Positions 26,752 through 35,633 of a stretch of 64,000 bases of DNA are shown here, in pieces. The notes beneath the pieces are model-generated. The model was not told the DNA's origin, did not search any database, and worked only from the letters and a program-made list of their open reading frames with translations. The stretch comes from a virus. Lineage: Duplodnaviria > Caudoviricetes. How positions within the stretch are numbered: the stretch's first letter is position 1; every line of letters starts with the position of its first letter. The stretch lies in IMG/VR virus record IMGVR_UViG_3300005670_000019; one strand, 5' to 3'. Made by a program: the position numbers and the translations under genes.

Positions 26752-28059
26752 ATGATGAAGGTTCAAGAATATCTCCTGACGCACTCCTTGAGCGACCTTG
26801 CCCGCGAGCACGGCGTTTACGCACGTGTAGCAGACCACAAGTTTTCGCTCAACTACGACCAGATCGAGGCTCGCGACAGCGACGAGATTGCTCAGGAATG
26901 TCGCGGACTTGTGTTGACTCCATCCGATCACCGCACGGTTTCGCAGGATGAAATCGTTGGAAACACCCTCGTGATGGCACGTACGATGCGTCGTTTCTTC
27001 AACTATGGTCAGGAAGCTGCTGCGAAGGTAGACTTCGACCACAAGGAAACGCGTATCTACGAAAAGTTGGATGGGACGCTTTGCATCCTCTACTTCGATT
27101 TCGTGATGCAAAAGTGGTGTGTGGCAACGCGTTCGGTTCCGAACGCTGACCTTCCGATCGACGGGTTCGGAGATTGGACTTTCTCGTCTCTTTTCTGGCA
27201 TTCGTTGGCAGAAAGCTCGTGTCAGTCGGGGGTGAAGGACTCCGCAAAGCAGAATGAAATTCGTGTTGTGTTGCCCGTTTCAAACGTTCCGGGGCAACGA
27301 GAAGTGAAGTTGCAATCCGTCGCTTCGGACTTGACCTTTTGTTTCGAACTTACGACTCCTGAAAATCAGGTCGTGGTTCGTTACGACGATTACAAGGTGA
27401 CGCTTCTGTCTGTCATCGACAATGTTTATGGGGAAGAGTTTCTGCCGGACGACTATGCATCGATGCTTGGCGTGGAAACTCCTGTTTCGCATCGCTTGTC
27501 TTCCGTCACCGAACTGATGGATTTCGTGTCCAATCGCGACCCGAAGGCATTCGAAGGCGTCGTTGTTTGTGACCACAATTTCAATCGTGTGAAGATCAAG
27601 TCGGCAGGATATCTTGCCTACAATAAGATCCGCGACAACGTTTTGAAGTCGCCTCGTGCTCTTTTGGAAGTAATTCTCCTCGAAAAGCTCGACGACGTTT
27701 CCGTTGTTCTTTCGGACGGGCAGAAGAAGGTCGCGTTCGAAATGGCAGAAAAGTATCGTCAGTTCGTCCACCAACAGAACGAGCTTTTCAACGACCTCTT
27801 GGCATACATTGCCGAAGAGAATGAGAAGCTTGGATGGCGCTGGGATTTCGGGGATGCAGAGCAGCGAAAGTGTTTTGCACTCGAAGTACAGCGTCGTAAG
27901 GCAAACATCGGACCGATGATGCAGCTTTACAAGCTCAAGTGCGCGAACGTTTGGAAAACGCCGTCGTTCTCGGACTACATAAACGCTCAAAAGGACCCGC
28001 AACATGGGTGGTCGAACGCTTTCTTGGATGGGATTCTTTCTCAACTTCCGAAGGATTGA
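26752..28059 (+). CDS. T4 Rnl1-like RNA ligase
   Basis: ECRGLV, RFFN, motif I EKLDGT, FELTTPENQVV, EGVVV, RVKIKS. Confidence 0.88.
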   Translation: MMKVQEYLLTHSLSDLAREHGVYARVADHKFSLNYDQIEARDSDEIAQECRGLVLTPSDHRTVSQDEIVGNTLVMARTMRRFFNYGQEAAAKVDFDHKETRIYEKLDGTLCILYFDFVMQKWCVATRSVPNADLPIDGFGDWTFSSLFWHSLAESSCQSGVKDSAKQNEIRVVLPVSNVPGQREVKLQSVASDLTFCFELTTPENQVVVRYDDYKVTLLSVIDNVYGEEFLPDDYASMLGVETPVSHRLSSVTELMDFVSNRDPKAFEGVVVCDHNFNRVKIKSAGYLAYNKIRDNVLKSPRALLEVILLEKLDDVSVVLSDGQKKVAFEMAEKYRQFVHQQNELFNDLLAYIAEENEKLGWRWDFGDAEQRKCFALEVQRRKANIGPMMQLYKLKCANVWKTPSFSDYINAQKDPQHGWSNAFLDGILSQLPKD

Positions 28060-28067
28060 TTAATTCT

Positions 28068-28859
28068 ATGATTACTCTTTTTGTGTTTTTGCAGCTTGGA
28101 GTCGTTCCTGACATTCAAGCATTGATGGACACCGAGAATGCCATCGTGGCAAGTGCTGATGAAGCACAAACTTTGATTGGTTCAAGAACCACAGAGTTTC
28201 GTCTTTGGGGTCGTTATCGAAACAGAGCACGAAATATCCAAAGGGCTTCACGGGCAATCGATGGAATTACAATTCAGCCTGGAGAGGTTTTCTCCTTCAA
28301 TGAGACTGTTGGACCTCGAACGCTTCGTCGTGGTTATCGCCACGCTCCAGCAATCCTCCGAGGAGAGTTGAGCGAAAGTGTTGGTGGAGGGGTGTGCCAG
28401 GTTGCTTCCACAATCTTTGCTGCTGCGCTTGAAGCAGGCATGGATTTTGTTGAGGTTACGCCTCATTCCAGATACATGTCATACATCGATCCGGGCTATG
28501 ACGCAACAGTCTTCTATGGAAGCAAGGATTTTCGTTTCAGAAACCCGTTTCATTTTCCAGTAACTCTATCAGTTCAGGTTCATGAAAACCAACTGATCGT
28601 GGAGTTTTATGGAAAGGAACGTGTATATGATGTCGAGATTGCAATCAATCAGATGGAGTTTGAAGAACGAGAAGTTGTTCGAATTCCAAACGGAAACTTG
28701 CCCGAAGGTCGTTGTCGTGTCATTGAACGTGGGACGGATGCTTTGAAGATTAGGCGTTCGGTTCGTTTCATTCCTCTTGTTCAAGGATATGAAGAGCGTA
28801 TCTGGTTCGACGAAATCCGTTATGAAAGTTCAGATAGAATTCTGGAATGTAACCGATGA
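28068..28859 (+). CDS. VanW-like domain protein with G5-like tail and hydrophobic N-terminus
   Basis: R..NI......IDG..I.PGE.FSFN..VG.RT...GY..A, GGGVCQVASTIF, HS..Y..PG.DATV, DFRFRN. Confidence 0.85.
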   Translation: MITLFVFLQLGVVPDIQALMDTENAIVASADEAQTLIGSRTTEFRLWGRYRNRARNIQRASRAIDGITIQPGEVFSFNETVGPRTLRRGYRHAPAILRGELSESVGGGVCQVASTIFAAALEAGMDFVEVTPHSRYMSYIDPGYDATVFYGSKDFRFRNPFHFPVTLSVQVHENQLIVEFYGKERVYDVEIAINQMEFEEREVVRIPNGNLPEGRCRVIERGTDALKIRRSVRFIPLVQGYEERIWFDEIRYESSDRILECNR

Positions 28860-29161
28860 ACGCTAAATGGGCACAGAAGTTTTATAATGTTTATGAACGG
28901 AATGAATTCGTAAACAAAAATGCTCAAAAATTTGTTGATATTCTCTCAAAATATAAAGGACAGCTTATCATTCATAACGTTGAACCAATGATCCTAATAG
29001 ACATTGGTAAACTAATTGGACCAATTGAAACTGCGCTGGAAGCGACGGTTATTCAAATTCAGCCACTTGATCAAATTGAACGTTTTGTTTTGTTTTTTGA
29101 TTGGATTTGGCTTCCCACGGAGACGGAAGAAAATATTTGGTTACTCGACATGGTCGAGTAA
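28856..29161 (+). CDS. Hypothetical protein
   Basis: 101-aa ORF, ATGA overlap. Confidence 0.65.
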   Translation: MNAKWAQKFYNVYERNEFVNKNAQKFVDILSKYKGQLIIHNVEPMILIDIGKLIGPIETALEATVIQIQPLDQIERFVLFFDWIWLPTETEENIWLLDMVE

Positions 29162-29163
29162 TT

Positions 29164-29472
29164 TCACATTTGTCGCTTCAAAAGTTCCCAACTTGCACTA
29201 AGTCCGGAAACCAATTTTTTCAAGAAACCAGCTCTTGTCAAAGTAATTCTGTTTCTTTCAGCCAAATCTTTGTCAAAGCTTCTGCCTTCTGGTGGCATAA
29301 CTTCAAGCTCGCCCTCTTCGGCGAGCTTTTTTGCTTCATCAATTGTTTTGGAAATGAAGGTGTCAACTTTCTTGATATAAGAACTTGTTGGGTCTTCTTT
29401 TGCTTCATGAAGCTTTGCGCGTACAGTCTTTCTTACAAGACTTTCTAATTGTTTTGATGTTATTTTTGCCAT
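29164..29472 (-). CDS. Putative internal head protein
   Basis: N-terminal KITSKQLESLVRKTVRAKLHE motif. Confidence 0.6.
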   Translation of the reverse strand: MAKITSKQLESLVRKTVRAKLHEAKEDPTSSYIKKVDTFISKTIDEAKKLAEEGELEVMPPEGRSFDKDLAERNRITLTRAGFLKKLVSGLSASWELLKRQM

Positions 29473-30984
29473 TCAAACCATCTCCAAACGTTCTGCCAAA
29501 ACTTGACAAAGTTTCTTGCATTGCTCCCAGTCGCCTTTACGCAAGCATTCTTTCATGTCTTCAAGGACAGAAAAACAATATTTTTGTGTTGCTCTTGTTG
29601 ATGAACGTTCTTCAAGTTGCTCTTGAAGAACATCTCGAATGATCTTTTCCAATCCTTCGTTTGTGAGTTTCTTTTTCATACTTTTTAGCTCCATGAGTGC
29701 ATGTTGAGGATTAGTTGCCAGAATGCCTCTGCCACCCGCTTTTTGAAAAGCAACAACATTCTCTTTTTTATCATCAATAAGTATTGAGTTCGCTGAAGCA
29801 AATGCAGCTTTTTCTTTTCCGGAACGTGTTATATGAACGGGAATGCCTGCTCCAAGATTATTTGCAACCCATCGTTTCTTTCCTTCATGGGCTTCATCAG
29901 ATTTAGGAGACGCTGTGAGGACTTCAACTTTATAGTGCTTGGAAGCATACTCAAATAGTTCTTTGGCTCCTGGGAGCATTTCTGCTGTTTCCCAAAACTC
30001 AATAGAACCAATTGTGTCTGTCGGTTTCAATCCAGTTTTCTTCAACTGACCTCTATAGTCACTCAGAGTTTCATCAAGATCAAAATACACTTTCCATCGT
30101 TGTGGTCTTGCAGAAAATACAGACATTTGCTCAAGAAGATTTGGAACTCCTTGAGGCAATTTGGAAACTTCTTTTGAAAACATCTCAGCTATTTCTTTTC
30201 GAAACTGTGGATATTTGAACTTTGGTGAATTGAACAATGCTTTCAGTTTTTCGAAAGATTGCATATCTTCCCATTTGACAGAAGAACCAAAAAGAAAGTT
30301 AGCTAACTTGTCAGGGTTTGCCGAGATTGGTTTGGAAGAAATTTTCTCGAACTTTTCCTTACCTGTCTTTGTTACTTGTTTTATGACTGTGTCTTTTCTG
30401 AACCCATCACGAAAGTTCATTACATATCGTTCAAACTCATTCTCTTTTCCTGTTGGGAAAACAAGACTGTTGAATATGCAATATAACAAAACGTTTCGAT
30501 ATGAAGCTTTGAACTTGCTATCTGCTGGAGCTCCAGAATTAATTCCTGTCATCCATTCGAGATTTCCAATAAAAACATCAATTTGAATTAAGCCAGGCTT
30601 ACCTTTGATTTGTTTACCTTCTGCATCAAAGGCAGAAATTTGCTTACCAGATTTATCAATCAAAGGAACAAGAAGATGGATTTGAGACAAACCTTTTACT
30701 ATTCTTGTTGGAGTTGAGACTGTATCCAAATACTTTTTCAACTCTTCAAAAAAGGTGTCCTTGTCTGTTGATTTGATTTTCAAAAATTTTGCCAAATCTT
30801 TTACATCAACAGCAATGTCAATATCTCCAAAAAAGTCTTTCAACTTGTTTCCAACAACCTCATAACGCAAACCACCGAAACCCGCAAGTTTCAGTGCATT
30901 TGAGATATTCACGTCAAGTAATGGTTTTGGAACAGTGCTGTTGACTTCCGGAAATGCATGTCCACCTTCTTTCAAGATGTTCAT
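29473..30984 (-). CDS. Nucleotidyltransferase-like + HAD 5'(3')-deoxyribonucleotidase fusion, putative internal head polyprotein
   Basis: GDIDIAV...IQIDV (pol-beta-like triad); VYFDLDETL...VLTA...GKKRWV...ILIDD...AGGRGI (NT5C-like); LKE, LLE and LTNEGLEKIIRDVLQEQLEE motifs. Confidence 0.75.
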   Translation of the reverse strand: MNILKEGGHAFPEVNSTVPKPLLDVNISNALKLAGFGGLRYEVVGNKLKDFFGDIDIAVDVKDLAKFLKIKSTDKDTFFEELKKYLDTVSTPTRIVKGLSQIHLLVPLIDKSGKQISAFDAEGKQIKGKPGLIQIDVFIGNLEWMTGINSGAPADSKFKASYRNVLLYCIFNSLVFPTGKENEFERYVMNFRDGFRKDTVIKQVTKTGKEKFEKISSKPISANPDKLANFLFGSSVKWEDMQSFEKLKALFNSPKFKYPQFRKEIAEMFSKEVSKLPQGVPNLLEQMSVFSARPQRWKVYFDLDETLSDYRGQLKKTGLKPTDTIGSIEFWETAEMLPGAKELFEYASKHYKVEVLTASPKSDEAHEGKKRWVANNLGAGIPVHITRSGKEKAAFASANSILIDDKKENVVAFQKAGGRGILATNPQHALMELKSMKKKLTNEGLEKIIRDVLQEQLEERSSTRATQKYCFSVLEDMKECLRKGDWEQCKKLCQVLAERLEMV

Positions 30985-30987
30985 GGT

Positions 30988-31377
30988 TCATGCCTTTGGA
31001 ATATTTCCGCCTGGTCTTGGAATCGTTGATTGAGCTGGTGTTGCTTTGATTACTTTAGCCGTTTCCTTAGAACCATCATCTTCACGAGGAAATGTAGCCA
31101 ATTTAGCAACAGCCTCTTGAACTGCTGAAACGACTCTTGATTGCATCTCTTCAACGACGCTTACATACTGCTTTTGAAGAGCCTCATCAAGTGTATCAGG
31201 ATCAACCAAGTTCAAGGTATCAACAATCTTCTTCTCGAAGTCCATCGTATGCTCTTTTGCAAGCAACGTAAGTTTACGCTTTGCTGAAAGAGTTGCACTT
31301 TCGTTCAGCAATCGTTTCTTGAGGCTTTCACGAACCAAGCCTCTCAATTGATTTTCATTCATTTTTATCTTGCTCAT
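30988..31377 (-). CDS. Putative internal head protein
   Basis: MSKIKMNENQLRGLVRESLKKRLLNE. Confidence 0.65.
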   Translation of the reverse strand: MSKIKMNENQLRGLVRESLKKRLLNESATLSAKRKLTLLAKEHTMDFEKKIVDTLNLVDPDTLDEALQKQYVSVVEEMQSRVVSAVQEAVAKLATFPREDDGSKETAKVIKATPAQSTIPRPGGNIPKA

Positions 31378-31385
31378 TTTTTACC

Positions 31386-33056
31386 TCAAAAACCTTTTGC
31401 GAACATTAGAAGTCTATTTGATACAGCACTTAGAACAATATCATTTTCACTTTGAAGCTGTTGAACAATTGAATTCAACTGTTCAGGTGTTATTGACCTA
31501 TCTGTGATGATTGACTTCACTACTGTAAGTATTTGCTGAATGTTTTGATTTTCTTCAGCCATTTTCTTTGCTTCTTCAACAGCAAACTCTACTGGATCGG
31601 TTGGTTCTTCTGGTTCTTCCGGTGCTTCTTCTCCTGCACCATCTTCACCTTCACCCCCAAAATCTCCTCCGTCATCGCTGCCACCAAAATCGAAGCCTCC
31701 GCCTCCGCCACCAAATCCTCCGGACATTCCTCCACCGAAGTCCATATCATCTCCGCCTTCGGTATCTAACTCACCGTCTTCTCCGACGCCAGGTTCACCA
31801 CCTAAATCTCCAGTAGAAGTATCTCCTCCACCAGCATCAAGGTCAAGACCACCTTCTGCATCAATATCAGCATCTCCGGAAGTATCTGCTCTGGCATCAT
31901 CAGCGGGAGGTTCGGGAATGTTCAACTCCGGTTCAGGAGCATCTTGCTCTTTCAAAAGAGCCTCTTTCAAAACTCTTTTCAGACGACTGGAAATACTTTC
32001 CATTGGCATTCCATTTTGTCTCATTTCACTTTTCCATTCATCCCAAGTATAAAGCAAAACTTCTGGTTCCCACGGGTTCCATTCATCTTCAACAAAATCT
32101 TGTGGTTTCTGTTCTGTGGCAACAACTGTTTCGACCTTCAAGTCTGAAGATGGTATCACTCCTTTATAACCTATTGACTCAATTTTGTCAAGGAAAGACG
32201 TCATAAAGTCAGGAAGGTCCGAAATCAAATAGCCTCCAGAAACAGAACCATCGATTTCATTTCTCAAACTATCTTCATCAACAACGATCCTTGAATAGTC
32301 TTTTAGGGCTGAACCTCTAATTCTTAGAACGACGCCGGGAACATCAAATCTTGCAAGAAGAGTTTCAGCAATATCCTCAGCATATTCTTTGTCTGCTGTG
32401 AGATATACGGCATTTTGTAAATCAAAATTGAGTTGTGTCCAACCTTCACCTTGAGCTGCGCTCTTTGATGGTTTCAATCCTGTTGATAAAATTGATTTCA
32501 AATGCTTCATTGAAGTAGCATGAAACCAATCAACATCACTAATCTCTTCAAGAACTTCGAACTTGAATGATTGAAACTCTTGTTCCTTTTCTCTGTCTCT
32601 TGTCCATGAAGGAGATTTTCCTTGAATGGTCTTTGCTTTTGCAACCACATCTTTCAAAGTTCCAAGAAATTCAACTTGACCATCTCTTTTGAAATATTCA
32701 ATTTTTGCGTTGTTTAGTTCCGGAAGATACTTTGATGTTGTGATTAGTGCTCTTGATGCTCTTGGATCACGAAAAACGTTTGAATAAACAGTGATTGTTT
32801 TTCTGTCCGCTGACAATTCAAGCAGAGAACTTGCTTCTCTTTGAGTCGGTCTACTAGGCATCCAAATGCCTTTGTCTTTTGTCTGAGGGTATTCGGCATA
32901 AGCTTCTTTTGTTAGTCCCTCTGGGTGAAAGAAGAGTGTCTTGGCTTTCTTGAAGTAATAACGAAAGAATTCAGGACCAAGTTCAGGGTGAAGACCCCAG
33001 TTTGAACTGCCTTCAATTTGTTCTTTCAACTTTACTTTATTCTTTGTAGGTGACAT
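31386..33056 (-). CDS. ADP-ribosyltransferase-fold domain + acidic Gly-rich domain, putative internal head polyprotein
   Basis: WFHATS...SILSTGLKP...AVYLT...VVLRI...YKGVIP; RLKRVLKEALLKEQ followed by D/G/E low-complexity sequence. Confidence 0.65.
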   Translation of the reverse strand: MSPTKNKVKLKEQIEGSSNWGLHPELGPEFFRYYFKKAKTLFFHPEGLTKEAYAEYPQTKDKGIWMPSRPTQREASSLLELSADRKTITVYSNVFRDPRASRALITTSKYLPELNNAKIEYFKRDGQVEFLGTLKDVVAKAKTIQGKSPSWTRDREKEQEFQSFKFEVLEEISDVDWFHATSMKHLKSILSTGLKPSKSAAQGEGWTQLNFDLQNAVYLTADKEYAEDIAETLLARFDVPGVVLRIRGSALKDYSRIVVDEDSLRNEIDGSVSGGYLISDLPDFMTSFLDKIESIGYKGVIPSSDLKVETVVATEQKPQDFVEDEWNPWEPEVLLYTWDEWKSEMRQNGMPMESISSRLKRVLKEALLKEQDAPEPELNIPEPPADDARADTSGDADIDAEGGLDLDAGGGDTSTGDLGGEPGVGEDGELDTEGGDDMDFGGGMSGGFGGGGGGFDFGGSDDGGDFGGEGEDGAGEEAPEEPEEPTDPVEFAVEEAKKMAEENQNIQQILTVVKSIITDRSITPEQLNSIVQQLQSENDIVLSAVSNRLLMFAKGF

Positions 33057-33063
33057 GCTATAG

Positions 33064-33070
33064 TAAATAG
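33064..33070 (-). promoter_or_regulatory. Late-type motif CTATTTA
   Basis: 7 nt before ATG 33056; overlaps a plus-strand TGcTATAGT extended -10 (33056-33064). Confidence 0.55.
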
Positions 33071-33085
33071 TATAAGGAGTTTCTT

Positions 33086-33589
33086 ATGAGTGATATTGAC
33101 AAACTATATGAAGAAATAAAGAAAGAAAAAGAAGAAGAACTGCAAGAGAAATTGAATGTTTCACCTGAAGAATCGGAGCCATCTGTGCAACTTAGAAAGA
33201 AAACTTGCTTTCTTTTAGAAGCTGCATATCTTGCATCATTAGATACAAAAGATATTCTTTTGAAGTCTGTCCTTGAAGAAACTATTACAATTCTTTGGAA
33301 CTGGTTACCAGAAGATGTAAAGGCGGCGACAATGAAAGAAAGAACTCTCGGTGGTGTTCCAGCATCGTCTATAAATCCGTTAGACTGTTGGAAATCTTCG
33401 TTTCCAAATCAATCTGTCGCCAATAACATTTGGGATTATTTGAACAAAGACGAAGAACTCGAAGATATACAAAAATCTATTGATGAAGCAACTCAAAATC
33501 TAGAGTCAAGGATCGAAGCTCTTGAACTTGCAATGCTTAATTTGGCAGAAAAGCTCAAACCTCTAATTCTTCCTGAAGGAACGAAATGA
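33086..33589 (+). CDS. Hypothetical acidic coiled-coil protein
   Basis: AAGGAG SD, 167 aa. Confidence 0.75.
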   Translation: MSDIDKLYEEIKKEKEEELQEKLNVSPEESEPSVQLRKKTCFLLEAAYLASLDTKDILLKSVLEETITILWNWLPEDVKAATMKERTLGGVPASSINPLDCWKSSFPNQSVANNIWDYLNKDEELEDIQKSIDEATQNLESRIEALELAMLNLAEKLKPLILPEGTK

Positions 33590-34256
33590 TCTCCTTGTAA
33601 GGTGAAACCTGTTTCCATTTGTGCTTTTCAATTTTTCTTTCAAACCATTTTCCTGTTACCTTTTTGAAAGGTAACGCAAAGTAATAAGTTCCAGTTGACA
33701 TTCTTTCCTGGAACTTTTCTTTTGCCCATTCCTCATTCTCTTTCATTTGATGTTGATCCCAAACATATTGTGCCCAAATCAAATCAACAAGGTAGGCGCG
33801 AAATTCTAAACGAGCTCTCCAATAAGCAGGAAGTGGGAATAAAAAGATTACAGTTGGAATCAAAAACCAAGCATTCCAAAGAACTAGAGATAGCAATAAG
33901 AAAAGAATTGAGAGTATTTGTGGAAATAGGTACGCAAGGGAAAAACGAACGCCCATGGTTGCTCTATCATACAGATGAACCGTTTCATGAGCCACCGATT
34001 TCAAGCCATGAAGCATATCTACATTTTCATAAAAACTATCTGGAACATAAATGGTTTTCCCAATAGCCTGATACATACGATCAAACTCTTTAATTCTCAG
34101 AATCTTTACTGCTACAAAGCGAGCCACATGAAATCTAAAATCAGTGGCTTCTTTTTTTGTTTTGATTTCAGCATCAGGAACAAACTTTCTTGTAACCTTG
34201 TTTAGAAAGCGTCTGCTAAATTCGTAAATGACCGTATCGTTTATCCTGTTATTCAT
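33555..34256 (-). CDS. Membrane-anchored HExxH zinc metallopeptidase-like protein
   Basis: AHETVHL, TM hairpin, RARLEFRAY; AGGAG SD before ATG 34256. Confidence 0.7.
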   Translation of the reverse strand: MNNRINDTVIYEFSRRFLNKVTRKFVPDAEIKTKKEATDFRFHVARFVAVKILRIKEFDRMYQAIGKTIYVPDSFYENVDMLHGLKSVAHETVHLYDRATMGVRFSLAYLFPQILSILFLLLSLVLWNAWFLIPTVIFLFPLPAYWRARLEFRAYLVDLIWAQYVWDQHQMKENEEWAKEKFQERMSTGTYYFALPFKKVTGKWFERKIEKHKWKQVSPYKEIISFLQEELEV

Positions 34257-34269
34257 CACAGAACTCCTA

Positions 34270-34298
34270 TTGAAACATATTCGTAAATATTGCACAAT
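34270..34298 (+). promoter_or_regulatory. Sigma70-type promoter, very short leader
   Basis: TTGAAA-17 bp-CACAAT-8 nt-ATG. Confidence 0.6.
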
Positions 34299-34306
34299 GA
34301 GGAGGT

Positions 34307-35587
34307 ATGGCTACTCTTTTGCTATCAAATAAAACTACTGGTCTTAATTCACATTTACGTTCCTACAAAGATGGAAGTTCCATGTTTTGTAATGATATTC
34401 TGAGTTCTGATATCATTGTGAATAGTAAAGACTGGTTTCAATATCTGAAAACAACGTGCAAGGAAGCCCCATCTCTTCTTCCTGAAACTCAAAGAAAAGC
34501 TCTTGAGACTGTTTTGAGAGAAGAAGAGATTATGGTTGAGAACCTTCCAGCTTTTCTTCTCTTATCAAAAGAAGAGTATCAAACAAACCTTCATCGTTAC
34601 ATGAAAGAACTCATTTCTTTCTTTGCACTCAATCCTGCAACTTACTTTTTTGACTTCTTCAAAAAAGAAGTAGACCTTCTTGAAAAAATGCAGGGTGCTT
34701 ACATCTCCGAGGACTTGTATCACAAATATAGAATACAGGATACTCAGGGACTAGTTTCCACATTCTCTCCAAATAGAGATGGCTTTGCAAAACCTGTGAA
34801 GTATGACAGTTTCAAAAGCCCAACAGGAAGATTGGTTGTTACAGAAGGTCCTCATATCCTAACAATCAACAAGACCTATCGGAACATGGTTCAGACTTCC
34901 TTTGAAAAGGGAGCAATCGTATCGATCGATTACGTTGCTCTTGAACCAAGTGTGCTCCTTGGAAGAACATCTAGTGCTCTCTCTAATTGGTTATCTTCCA
35001 CTCAAGGATCCACAAACTCAAAACCACATGATATCTACCAGCAAGTGGCTGATATTCTGTTTCAACGAAATCTACTCCGTACACCTATCGATCGCTCAGA
35101 AGCAAAATCTATAACCCTCAGAACGCTCTATGGAGCTCAGGAAGATTTAATTGGGCAGATACTCCAAGGTAAAAGTTCTGTGCCTCTACACGATTTCCTA
35201 TTTGAACTGAGAGAGCTTTTTGGCATCAACCAACTGATGAACCAACTTCAATCAGAACGTCGGATGAGAAATAATGGTGGAAAATACATTACAAATCATT
35301 TTGAAAGAAGAATACCTACAGAAGGTGTCGAAGATTATAAGTTAGTAAACTATTGGACACAATCAACTGCTGTCGATGTTGCTCTTCTTGGATTCGCTTC
35401 ATTGATAGAAGATTTGAATCCAGAAGAAGTAAGACCTTTGTTTGTATTGCATGATGCAATATTTTTGGATGTAAGTCTATCTGCTGTTTCGAAACTAAAG
35501 TCAGCTATCAACAAAGCCAAAACCGTCCCACTTTTTCCAAATTCACACTTCCACTTGAAACTCTCGGTAGAAAGTCAATCACAATAA
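34307..35587 (+). CDS. Minimal family A DNA polymerase-like protein
   Basis: TGRL, motif A SIDYVALEP, motif B RSEAKSITLRTLYG, NY..QSTA.D, motif C LHDA. Confidence 0.8.
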   Translation: MATLLLSNKTTGLNSHLRSYKDGSSMFCNDILSSDIIVNSKDWFQYLKTTCKEAPSLLPETQRKALETVLREEEIMVENLPAFLLLSKEEYQTNLHRYMKELISFFALNPATYFFDFFKKEVDLLEKMQGAYISEDLYHKYRIQDTQGLVSTFSPNRDGFAKPVKYDSFKSPTGRLVVTEGPHILTINKTYRNMVQTSFEKGAIVSIDYVALEPSVLLGRTSSALSNWLSSTQGSTNSKPHDIYQQVADILFQRNLLRTPIDRSEAKSITLRTLYGAQEDLIGQILQGKSSVPLHDFLFELRELFGINQLMNQLQSERRMRNNGGKYITNHFERRIPTEGVEDYKLVNYWTQSTAVDVALLGFASLIEDLNPEEVRPLFVLHDAIFLDVSLSAVSKLKSAINKAKTVPLFPNSHFHLKLSVESQSQ

Positions 35588-35604
35588 AAAGTTATTGACA
35601 AAAT

Positions 35605-35633
35605 TTGAAAGGAAAAGTGTAGTGAGGCACAAT
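35605..35633 (+). promoter_or_regulatory. Sigma70-type promoter
   Basis: TTGAAA-17 bp-CACAAT. Confidence 0.55.

Noticed and set aside
27280-28044. 254-aa minus-strand ORF antisense to the RNA ligase (similar shadows at 7968..8627 and within 16541..17572)
   Set aside because: Antisense shadows of well-supported genes
31600-31940. Gly/Asp/Glu-rich repetitive DNA
   Set aside because: Low-complexity protein coding sequence, not a DNA repeat element
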